32,000 bases of DNA from NCBI RefSeq assembly GCF_001458695.1, contig NZ_LN885086.1, positions 1,710,001 to 1,742,000 on the forward strand, written 5' to 3'. The first letter of the stretch is position 1. Each line of letters opens with the position of its first letter. Shown piece after piece: positions 1 through 9,316 of the stretch. The stretch is from Candidatus Nitrospira inopinata (GTDB taxonomy: Bacteria > Nitrospirota > Nitrospiria > Nitrospirales > Nitrospiraceae). A program made the translations under genes and the position numbers. Below the pieces are notes generated by a model. It was given only the letters and a program-made list of their open reading frames with translations. It did not search any database and was not told the DNA's origin.

Positions 1-780
1 AAGGAATTGTTGCCGAGCGGGCAGCAACCAACCTTTGAGAACCGAGTCGCATGGGCGCGAACCTACCTGGTGAAGGCGGCCTTGCTTGAAGCTCCACGTC
101 GAGGGTTTTTCCGTATCACGCCGCGTGGGCGCGATGTCCTTTCACAAAGACCGTCCGCGATCACTCCCAAGTTCTTGGAGCAGTTTCCTGAGTTTCTCGA
201 CTTCCGCACCAAGCGTCATGAATCAAAAGAAGAAACCCAGTTATCTGAAAATAGGAGTCTGCAAACACCAGGGGAGCTGCTCGAAAGCGCATACCAAAAA
301 TTACGCGAAGACCTGGCGGCCGAGTTGCTGAAGACGGTGAAGGAATGCTCGCCAGCTTTCTTTGAGCGGTTGGTCATTGATGTCTTGGTGAAAATGGGAT
401 ATGGCGGTTCCCGCAAAGAGGCAGGAAAAGCCATCGGCCGTAGTGGCGATGAAGGCATTGACGGAATCATCAATGAAGACCGTCTCGGCCTCGATGTCAT
501 CTATATTCAGGCCAAGCGCTGGAAAGATCAGATCGGTCGCCCGGAGATCCAAAAGTTTGTCGGGGCTCTTCAGGGGCATAGAGCCAATAAAGGCATCTTC
601 ATCACCACCTCCAGCTTCACGCGGGAAGCCCAAGATTATGTCACCAAAATCAATTCAAAGATCGTCCTCATCGATGGTGAGCACTTATCCCAGCTCATGA
701 TCGATCACAATGTGGGGGTTACCCCCGTCATGTCCTATGAAACCAAGAAAATTGACAGCGATTATTTCTTTGAGGAGTAA
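1..780 (+). CDS. mrr: Mrr-family (type IV) restriction endonuclease, 5' end cut off by the window edge
   Basis: Frame 1 is open from base 1 with no start in the window; stop TAA at 778-780. The translation shows the Mrr N-terminal winged-helix signature (FENRVAWARTYLVKAALLEAPRRGFFRITPRG) and the Mrr PD-(D/E)xK nuclease core (GDEGIDGI ... LDVIYIQAKRW). Visibly more AT-rich than neighbouring genes. Confidence 0.85.
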   Translation, partial: KELLPSGQQPTFENRVAWARTYLVKAALLEAPRRGFFRITPRGRDVLSQRPSAITPKFLEQFPEFLDFRTKRHESKEETQLSENRSLQTPGELLESAYQKLREDLAAELLKTVKECSPAFFERLVIDVLVKMGYGGSRKEAGKAIGRSGDEGIDGIINEDRLGLDVIYIQAKRWKDQIGRPEIQKFVGALQGHRANKGIFITTSSFTREAQDYVTKINSKIVLIDGEHLSQLMIDHNVGVTPVMSYETKKIDSDYFFEE

Positions 781-923
781 GACGGCAAACACGCCAGGGA
801 GATGGATTCCCGACAAGAAGGAGCGAAAGGCTTCGCCCTATTTATCGTAAACGGACACCTTGCCGGAATCGTACCTTCGAGGAACAATCATTTCTCTCCC
901 GGCTTTTGCAGCGTAGCCTACTT

Positions 924-3197
924 TCACACCTTCCCGAACATCCGTTCGAAGAACTCCCGTGTCCGGCTCATGTGTTGCTCGATGTCGGCCTGGAGATGAC
1001 GGGCGCCGGCCTGCCAGTCGTCGGTCATGTAGCCGACGCGACGGGCGAGAAAGATGAATTCGTCGGACTCAGGCGGCGGGAGCACCAGATCCTTGGTGTT
1101 GCCCCGCACCATGCGAAGTCCGTCGATCAACATGCGGATAAACAGATACGCCTTTCGCAGATCTTCTCCCGTCGAGGATGGAATGAGGCCGCCGTCGATC
1201 AGCGCAGCCAGCGCTTGAAGGGTGTTCGGAGTGCGCAGGCGCGGGTTTTTGTGTCCGTGCATGAGCTGCAGATACTGAATGGCGTACTCGATGGTGACGA
1301 TCCCGCCGTGGCTGTGCTTCAGGTTCACCTGGCCCGGTTTGACGAGTTGGGCGATTTGCTGGCGGCGCAGCTCCAGCGCGGCGGCAAGGTCCCAGGGAGC
1401 GCCGCTATAGACGTAACGGTCCCGATGGGCCTCCACCCTCTTGCCGAGGGCCGCGTCCCCGGCGACGAACCGGAGTTTGATCAAGGCTTGCCGCTCAAAC
1501 GGCGCGGCCAGGCCGCCGGGGCTATAGTAGGAGCGGATTTCGTCAAAGGCGTTGGCCAGCGAACCCTTGTCGCCGTGGGGCCGCAGGCGAACGTCCAGGT
1601 GGAAGATGCCTTCCCGTTTGGCCTCGATCCATTGCAGGAGCTCTTGCGCCAGTCGTTCGAAGTACTCGCTGTTGTCGATAGATTGTTTTCCGCTCGTGCG
1701 GCCGGATCCCTCGTACACGAAAAGCACCTCGATGTCCGACGCGTATCCCATTTCCCGCCCGCCGAATTTGCCGGCTCCGAAAACGGCGAAGAGGCAGGGC
1801 GTCTTGTCGGCGAGCTTGGGCGAGCCGTGGAGCCGGTTGAGTTTGTCTCGACAATCGATGAGGGCGCGCTCGACAATCACCTCCGCCAGTTGGGTGACGG
1901 CCAAGGAAAAGTCCGGGAGGCTGGTCGAGGGCTCGACGATGTGTTTCATGTCGATCCGGAACAGCTCGTGGTCCTTGAATTGATTCAAGGCCGCCTTTTT
2001 GGCCTCGTCGGTCTTCGCTTTGTTGACGACCGCGTTCAGCTCTTTGCGCAACGCGGCCGGCGGCTTGACGAGCGGCTCGTCCCGGTAGTTTTGTAACAGC
2101 GGGAGCAGATTGTCGTACTGCCGACGGAGGAAATCTTCCCAGAGAAAATCGCTTGCGCCGAGCAGGCGCGCAAGGACGGGAAGACTTTTCTTGTCGCTCA
2201 CGAACGACAGCGCTTTGCGGGCGTCCTTGCCTTGATCCTGCACGATGAGGTCGAGGAACTGGTCGAACGATTCCAGCGCTTTGGCCGGATCGGGCGCCCA
2301 CGTGAGGGCGTGAGTGAACTGCTTGATCAGCACGGCGGTCAAGCGAAGCTGATCCTGCTCGGCGTGGTCCAGCAGCTTGTGTCCGTGCCGATTGCGGACA
2401 AAAAATCGATCGTGGATCTTCGAGCCGGTGCTCTCCACCTGGGCTTTGCTGACGTAGATGTTGCGCATGGCCAAGGCGTTGGCAAAGGCGTACAAAAACG
2501 CGGGCGTATCGTCGGACTGAATGTCCATGACCGTGTCGGTGGGGGAGCGGCCGTTGTCGAAGGTGATGTGCACGGTGTGGAGGAGACCGCCGAAAGAGCC
2601 GCGTCGTTTGCCGAGTTGCTCGACCAACCTGCGGTTCACGGCGTGGCGGGCTTCGGCGTATTGTCCGGCGTCGAGGCGCTTCAAGAGGTCGGTCAGTTCC
2701 GTGGTGAAGCGACGGCGTTCGGTCGGTCCAAACGACACGCCGGGCCCCGGCCGCACGAGGAAGACGTCGACGATCTTCTTTCTGGTCAAGCCAGGTCTGG
2801 TTTTGTGACGACCTTGTGATTCCTTGCTTACACGATTTCGGGGGAGCGTCGAAGGCGGCGGCTCCGAGAACGTGTAGATTTGGCCCTCTTCGATGTTCAG
2901 GCCGAAAGCGGAGAGCAAGCCGCAGATGACGGCGAACTCGGAGAAGTAGTCGTAGGCGACGATGGTGACGGTGAACCGTTCTCCGTCCTGATCGGCGATC
3001 GAGACTTCGCACGGGCGGTCCGGCTCGAGTCGAGCGATCAAGCCGAGGTGACGGGCGATCATGGGCGGATCGAAACGAAGGAAATAGTCGGGGTCCATGC
3101 GATTCAGAAAATCTTGCAGGACGTCGGATGGGATGCTTCGGCAGAGGGGAAGCAGCGCGGTTGACAGACGTTCGCGTTCAAAGGTGGGAGAAACCAT
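924..3197 (-). CDS. Single-module GlnE-type adenylyltransferase-like protein with two N-terminal ACT-like domains (ACT-ACT-GlnE)
   Basis: 757-aa ORF, ATG at 3195-3197 (minus). The C-terminal two thirds form one GlnE module. Its nucleotidyltransferase core reads FAVFGAGKFGGREMGYASDIEVLFVY ... IFHLDVRLRPHGDKGSLA ... ERQALIKLRFVAGD, followed by the helical regulatory domain (GGIVTIEYAIQYLQLMHG). The N-terminal third has two ACT-like segments (FTVTIVAYDYFSEFAVICGLLSAFGLNIEEGQIYTF and TVMDIQSDDTPAFLYAFANALAMRNIYVSKAQVESTGSKIHDRFFV). Confidence 0.8.
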   Translation of the reverse strand: MVSPTFERERLSTALLPLCRSIPSDVLQDFLNRMDPDYFLRFDPPMIARHLGLIARLEPDRPCEVSIADQDGERFTVTIVAYDYFSEFAVICGLLSAFGLNIEEGQIYTFSEPPPSTLPRNRVSKESQGRHKTRPGLTRKKIVDVFLVRPGPGVSFGPTERRRFTTELTDLLKRLDAGQYAEARHAVNRRLVEQLGKRRGSFGGLLHTVHITFDNGRSPTDTVMDIQSDDTPAFLYAFANALAMRNIYVSKAQVESTGSKIHDRFFVRNRHGHKLLDHAEQDQLRLTAVLIKQFTHALTWAPDPAKALESFDQFLDLIVQDQGKDARKALSFVSDKKSLPVLARLLGASDFLWEDFLRRQYDNLLPLLQNYRDEPLVKPPAALRKELNAVVNKAKTDEAKKAALNQFKDHELFRIDMKHIVEPSTSLPDFSLAVTQLAEVIVERALIDCRDKLNRLHGSPKLADKTPCLFAVFGAGKFGGREMGYASDIEVLFVYEGSGRTSGKQSIDNSEYFERLAQELLQWIEAKREGIFHLDVRLRPHGDKGSLANAFDEIRSYYSPGGLAAPFERQALIKLRFVAGDAALGKRVEAHRDRYVYSGAPWDLAAALELRRQQIAQLVKPGQVNLKHSHGGIVTIEYAIQYLQLMHGHKNPRLRTPNTLQALAALIDGGLIPSSTGEDLRKAYLFIRMLIDGLRMVRGNTKDLVLPPPESDEFIFLARRVGYMTDDWQAGARHLQADIEQHMSRTREFFERMFGKV

Positions 3198-3215
3198 GGT
3201 CGCCAGTATACCGGA

Positions 3216-4970
3216 ATGACGCGGAACAGTATAATGCCCCCTGTCATGATTCGTCGTTCAAGACCGTCGTCCATTCGGTGGTCGAGCGAGCCGGCTCCTC
3301 TTCAGACCGGCAAACCCGACCCCGGGCCGCTCTTGCTGGCCTCGGATCGAAACCTCGATCGGACGCGGGCGATTCTTTCCGCGTACCGCATACGCGACGT
3401 TGCGCGGGCCGATTGCAACCTGCAATCGATGGCCGGAGAGCCGCACCATCGACGTCAATTGGCCGATATCTTGCCGAGGCTCTTGACCTCCATCTCTAGG
3501 ACGGCGGATCCGGATCAGGCGCTGAATCACTGGGAACGTCTGTTGAGCGGCCTGACGCGAGGCGCCTTGCTGGAGTATCTGGCCGGGGCCCCGCGCATGC
3601 TCGATCTGCTCTGCGCGATCTTCGGCAACAGCGACGCGCTCGCGTTTACGATCATTCGCGACCCCATGTTGGTCTACTGGCTGGGTGAACAAGAGGTCTT
3701 GTCAAAGCCGGTCAGCCGGGCTGAAACGGAACAGTCGCTCCATGAACAGTTGGCGAGATTGACGATCACCGAGCTCAAGCTGGACGTGTTGCGCCGCCAT
3801 CGACGGCGGGAGCTGCTGCGGATCGGCGTGCGCGATCTGCTGCGTCTTGCCGACGTACAGGAAACGACCGCCGCTCTCTCCGATTTGGCGGGCACGTTGA
3901 TCCATGCGGCCTACCAGATCGTCGATGCCGATTTACGCCGGCAGTACGGCGTGCCGATGCACAAGAATCGGCACGGGCGGTGGGTGGAGACGGGATTTAC
4001 CGTGATCGGAATGGGCAAGCTCGGCGGCCACGAGCTCAACTACAGTTCCGATGTCGATTTGATCTATGTCTACGCGTCGCGCAAGGGAGAGACGCGGATG
4101 CCTCGACGCGCCTCGGATACACCAGGCGCCGTCGGGATCTCTAACGAGGAATATTTCGAGATTCTGTCCCGCGAGCTGACAAGGGCCTTGACTGAAAAGA
4201 CGAACGAGGGGTCCGTGTTTCGCGTGGATCTTCGATTGCGGGCCGAGGGAGCGGTCGGGCAGTTGGCCCGGTCGCTTGACGACTATGCCGCGTACTATCG
4301 AAACCGCGGCGCGGTATGGGAGAGGCTGGCGCTGCTCAAGGCCTGGCCGGTCGCCGGATCGTTGGAAGTGGGGCGGGCGTTTCTTAAAATGGTCAAACCG
4401 TTCATCGTCGGCGGGCCGAAGGAGAAATCGGATGCTCACCGTGCGCGGGCCATCGTGCGCGACGTCCGGAACGTCAAGGAGATGATCGACGCCAAGATCG
4501 CCGATCGCGGCCAGGAACGGCGGAACGTGAAACTCGGCATCGGCGGCATCCGCGAGGTCGAGTTTTTCGTGCAGACGATCCAAGTGATTGCGGGCAAGCG
4601 GCTTCCGGGCCTTCTGGATCGGAACACGCTTCGGTCGTTGGATCGATGCGCCCACTATCGGCTGATTTCGAAACGGCAACGGGATGAATTGACCGCCGCG
4701 TACGTGTTCCTTCGTGACGTTGAGCACAAGCTTCAGATGGTCGATGATTTGCAGACGCATACTCTTCCGGAGGACGACGAGGCGTTGGAACGGTGCGCGA
4801 TTCGAATGGGATACGATGCGGATGACGCGGATCAAGGCGTCAAGCGGTTTCACGCGGACCATAGCGCTCATCGGGAAGCGGTTCGCCGACTGTTCTCGTC
4901 CTTGTTCATGGAGCCCGACGCCTCTCCGATTCTCAAATCGGTGCTGCGGGCCGTTGGGGCGCAGGGATAA
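3216..4970 (+). CDS. glnE: Single-module GlnE-type glutamine synthetase adenylyltransferase-like protein
   Basis: 584-aa ORF. Alternative ATGs at 3234 and 3246; none has a clear SD, so the start is uncertain. One GlnE module: FTVIGMGKLGGHELNYSSDVDLIYVY ... VFRVDLRLRAEGAVGQLA ... WERLALLKAWPVAG, then the helical domain GIGGIREVEFFVQTIQV ... AAYVFLRDVEHKLQM. Confidence 0.8.
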   Translation: MTRNSIMPPVMIRRSRPSSIRWSSEPAPLQTGKPDPGPLLLASDRNLDRTRAILSAYRIRDVARADCNLQSMAGEPHHRRQLADILPRLLTSISRTADPDQALNHWERLLSGLTRGALLEYLAGAPRMLDLLCAIFGNSDALAFTIIRDPMLVYWLGEQEVLSKPVSRAETEQSLHEQLARLTITELKLDVLRRHRRRELLRIGVRDLLRLADVQETTAALSDLAGTLIHAAYQIVDADLRRQYGVPMHKNRHGRWVETGFTVIGMGKLGGHELNYSSDVDLIYVYASRKGETRMPRRASDTPGAVGISNEEYFEILSRELTRALTEKTNEGSVFRVDLRLRAEGAVGQLARSLDDYAAYYRNRGAVWERLALLKAWPVAGSLEVGRAFLKMVKPFIVGGPKEKSDAHRARAIVRDVRNVKEMIDAKIADRGQERRNVKLGIGGIREVEFFVQTIQVIAGKRLPGLLDRNTLRSLDRCAHYRLISKRQRDELTAAYVFLRDVEHKLQMVDDLQTHTLPEDDEALERCAIRMGYDADDADQGVKRFHADHSAHREAVRRLFSSLFMEPDASPILKSVLRAVGAQG

Positions 4971-5101
4971 GCGGTTTCCGCGTTGGAGACAACGAAGCTC
5001 CAAAGCGAGCAAGCGTAAGGAGGTTTTGACCACACGGCTCAAGGTGAAGCCGGTCGAGCTTCTCTTCCCTTGCTCTCTTGGTCGTGGCCCTGTAGTCCTG
5101 C

Positions 5102-5628
5102 TTAGGAGGCGGACGAGTCCAGCATGGCGCAGAATCGCTCAACGGTCCGCTGGAAGAGAAAGAGCGCGGTGTCTTCCAGGGAGGCCGCCAGGGCCGCATC
5201 GGCGGCGGCGCAGACCGGAGGGGCGGAAATATGAAATCGCGCGGCGATCCACGCCGCGTCAGCGAGATCCTCATCCGTGCCGCGACGGAGTTTTGCAATG
5301 ATGAAATCCACCGGGGCCAAGAGCCTGATTCAGACGCCTGGTTCGTCGATCAACACCGTCGCGCAACCACGATAGCCGGGCGGCATGGCCACGACGGACC
5401 AGCCCGAGAGGCTTTGCCCCAAGTTGCCGGGAATGTGACGGCGGTTCAGAAATTCCGCCAAGGTCCCCGTACATGGTCGGGTAGTTCACCACCCACGTCG
5501 ATCGTGGCTCTGGAGGGATGGCCGTAGGCGAGCATGGCCAAGCCGCCGATGAGGAGCAGATCGACGGTGTGGCCGGTGTGTTCGGCGTATTCCCGCAGCA
5601 CGGTACGCAAGTGATCAAGCGCGAGCAC
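5102..5628 (-). pseudogene. Decayed nucleotidyltransferase-fold gene (DUF6036/MNT-like; family assignment tentative)
   Basis: Protein-like sequence is spread over different minus-strand frames. First piece: LALDHLRTVLREYAEHTGHTVDLLLIGGLAMLAYGHPSRATIDV (frame of ORF 5446-5823). Second piece: LAEFLNRRHIPGNLGQSLSGWSVVAMPPGYRGCATVLIDEPGV. An in-frame TGA follows at 5330-5332. Third piece: IRLLAPVDFIIAKLRRGTDEDLADAAWIAARF (frame of ORF 5102-5320). Joining them needs at least one frameshift (about 5450-5497) plus the internal stop. Possible GTG start at 5626-5628. Confidence 0.4.
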
Positions 5629-5800
5629 GCGCGAACTCAAGGGCTTCCGTAAATGGACGGTACAACTCTCGTCGACTGCGCCGATAAAACACGACGGCCC
5701 CGGCGGGTATCCCGCCAGGGCCGTCGCTTCTTCACTCCGAGCTATCCGCGATCCGTGGATGGCCCGTGCAGCACTGAGTCCTGGGAAACTCAGCACCGCC

Positions 5801-7477
<1,677 letters not shown>

Positions 7478-7550
7478 TCAGCTCCGTGCGCACAAGAACC
7501 GAGAACCGAGGCGCAAGTACAAGCCATGCGTAAATGTCCGACCTCGTCAT

Positions 7551-7574
7551 CAAAAAATCCCGACGCTTCCGTCG
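7551..7574 (-). terminator. Short hairpin plus T6 tract directly after the groES stop (possible attenuator between groES and groEL)
   Basis: Minus strand reads TAG-CGACG-GAAG-CGTCG-GGATTTTTTG. The stem is only 5 bp, so at best this is a weak or partial intrinsic terminator. Confidence 0.3.
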
Positions 7575-7880
7575 CTACGACGCATTGGTGAACACGCCCA
7601 GGATGTCTTCTTCCTTCAGGATCAAGCATTCCTCGTCGTCGATGCGCAATTTGGTGCCGGAATATTTGTCGAACAGCACCTGATCGCCGACCTTCACGCT
7701 TTCGACCTTCTTGCCGATTGCCTGCACGATGCCTCGCTGGGGTTTTTCCTTCGCGGAATCGGGCACGTAAATGCCTCCGGCGGTACGCTCCATTTCTTCG
7801 GTATAGGTGACGAATACCCGTTCGCCCAGGGGCTGGAATCCCTTGGCGATGTCCTTCTTGTCCTTCGCGGTCGCGCTCAT
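7575..7880 (-). CDS. groS: Co-chaperonin GroES (Cpn10) with a short Lys-rich N-terminal extension
   Basis: 101 aa; FQPLGERVFVTYTEEMERTAGGIYVPDSAKEKPQRGIVQAIGKK ... GDQVLFDKYSGT is typical Cpn10. SD AGGAGGAGG lies 7 nt upstream of the ATG. Confidence 0.95.
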   Translation of the reverse strand: MSATAKDKKDIAKGFQPLGERVFVTYTEEMERTAGGIYVPDSAKEKPQRGIVQAIGKKVESVKVGDQVLFDKYSGTKLRIDDEECLILKEEDILGVFTNAS

Positions 7881-8014
7881 AGCAGAACCTCCTCCTGATG
7901 AAAGTTAACGTGGTTATAAAAAATATAACGATGCGGGAGAGCCTGGATTTCGATGGCGCCTTAAGCGGTGCTCTCGCACGACAACGCGCAAACCCGTCCT
8001 CTGCGGACAGAGGG

Positions 8015-8042
8015 TAGATAGCGCGATGTTTCTCCGAGTCAA
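8015..8042 (-). promoter_or_regulatory. Candidate sigma-32-type heat-shock promoter for groES-groEL
   Basis: Minus strand reads tctctcccCCTTGACT-N13-CGCTATCT. Compare the E. coli sigma-32 consensus CTTGAAA-N13-15-CCCCATNT. It can also be read as sigma-70-like TTGACT-N16-TATCTA. A 16-bp palindrome CCTCTG-tccg-CAGAGG (7997-8012) sits at the expected transcription start. Confidence 0.4.
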
Positions 8043-8174
8043 GGGGGAGAGATAGGTTTTTCTTTTCATGCCGTTTTTCTCGGACGCTCCTCAAGGCGGG
8101 CACGGACAGAGATCCGGCTACGTTCGGCGGTTTGGAACGACAAGGAAGCAAAAACGGGCAAGATTTCCGAGGAG

Positions 8175-9173
8175 TCACGCTCGCAAGCTGTCGAAATCCT
8201 TGACGTCTTTCTTGATGTAGTCGCGCAGTCGTTTGATGATGCGGGCTTCCAATTGGCGGGTTCGCTCTTTGGTGATTCCGTACTTGGCTCCCAGTTCGTC
8301 CAGCGTCAGGGGATTGTCGGACAGGATGCGGTTTCTCAGAATGTCCTCGTCCCGCTCTTCCAGCGTCTTGATGAACTCGGCGAGCTTGGTTCGGAACAGC
8401 TTGCGCAGTTGATGGTCGGCCAACTGATCATCGGTGGGTTGTTGTTGAGAGGGCAAGACGTCGAGCAGACTGGCGTCTTGGTTGTCGCCGATCGGCTGAT
8501 CCAGCGACACTTCCCAATTGCCCAGGCGTTGATCCATCTCAATGACGTCCTGCTCGCGGACCTGCAAACGGTCGGCGAGCAGTTTCGTGTCGGGGGCGAA
8601 ACCTTCCCGTTCCAGCTTCGCTTTTTCTTTTTTGAGGTTGTAGAACAGCTTGCGCTGGTCTTGGGTGGTGCCGATCTTGATCAGCCGATAGTTGTTCAGC
8701 AGATATCGTAAGATATAGGCTCGCGACCACCAGGCGGCATAGGCATAAAAGCGGACGTTCTTGGTCGGGTCGAATTTCTTGATCGCATGCAGCAGGCCGA
8801 CGTTGCCTTCCTGGATGAGGTCCATGTGATCGGCGCCGGTGTGCAGATATTCCGCCGCGATCGCGACTGAAACGCGCAAGTTGGCCATAATGAGCTTGAC
8901 CGCGGCTTCGCGGCTGCCGAGCGTTTTATATTCTTGAAACAACCGGAGTTCTTCTTCTTTGGAGAGATAGGGGTATCGGCGGATTTCCGCGAGGTATCGT
9001 TGCAACGCCGTGGCCGGTACGCTCGCCGGCGCGGTCGCAGAAGAGTCGCCGGCTGGTTCCGGGGGGGGGAGCAGTTCGACCGGGAGCCGCTCGGCGTGCA
9101 GTTCCTCGTCCGAGGGGTCCAGCACGTCGGGTTCCGGGGAATCACTCTCATGAGCGTCGGAGAACGCGGTCAT
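8175..9173 (-). CDS. rpoH: RpoH-like heat-shock sigma factor (sigma-32 family) with an acidic/Pro-rich N-terminal extension
   Basis: Sigma-70 regions 2-4 are present (DLIQEGNVGLLHAIKKFDP; LTLDELGAKYGITKERTRQLEARIIKRL). An RpoH-box-like motif is present (TTQDQRKLFYNLKKEK). I prefer the ATG at 9171-9173 over the 383-codon ORF start at 9326, because the extra 51 residues are Cys/Trp/His-rich and not protein-like. There is no clear SD, so the start is uncertain. Confidence 0.85.
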   Translation of the reverse strand: MTAFSDAHESDSPEPDVLDPSDEELHAERLPVELLPPPEPAGDSSATAPASVPATALQRYLAEIRRYPYLSKEEELRLFQEYKTLGSREAAVKLIMANLRVSVAIAAEYLHTGADHMDLIQEGNVGLLHAIKKFDPTKNVRFYAYAAWWSRAYILRYLLNNYRLIKIGTTQDQRKLFYNLKKEKAKLEREGFAPDTKLLADRLQVREQDVIEMDQRLGNWEVSLDQPIGDNQDASLLDVLPSQQQPTDDQLADHQLRKLFRTKLAEFIKTLEERDEDILRNRILSDNPLTLDELGAKYGITKERTRQLEARIIKRLRDYIKKDVKDFDSLRA

Positions 9174-9316
9174 AACAAGTGGGTAACTATAACAGAACGC
9201 CGGCCAGTGACAATGGCCAATGTTCAATGGTAGAGTGCCCTCGCGCCAGCCGGCTACCACATCGCGGGGCCGAACCGGACCGGTCACCATTAAGATTCCA
9301 GATATTCCATCGCACG

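Noticed and set aside
906-3012. 396-aa plus-strand ORF and 489-aa minus-strand alternative-frame ORF overlapping the ACT-GlnE gene
   Set aside because: Both are Arg/Pro/Gly-rich shadow frames. The 757-aa frame alone carries recognisable domains.
3933-5042. 369-aa minus-strand ORF opposite the second glnE-like gene
   Set aside because: It is a shadow ORF. The plus frame carries the GlnE nucleotidyltransferase and regulatory motifs.
4714-5301. 195-aa plus-strand ORF between glnE and groEL, preceded by AAGGAGG
   Set aside because: The translation is extremely Arg-rich (RRRRRPEGRK...). It lies opposite the better-supported nucleotidyltransferase remnant.
7881-8174. Search for a CIRCE/HrcA operator upstream of groES
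   Set aside because: There is no match to TTAGCACTC-N9-GAGTGCTAA on either strand. Only short unrelated palindromes are present (GTGCTCTCGCAC, CCTCTG-N4-CAGAGG).
9174-9316. Possible FMN (RFN) riboswitch upstream of ribBA
   Set aside because: The size is right, but the conserved RFN core (AGGGTGAAATTCCC ... GGATGGGAGA-type segments, from memory) is absent. An Rfam covariance-model scan would settle it.
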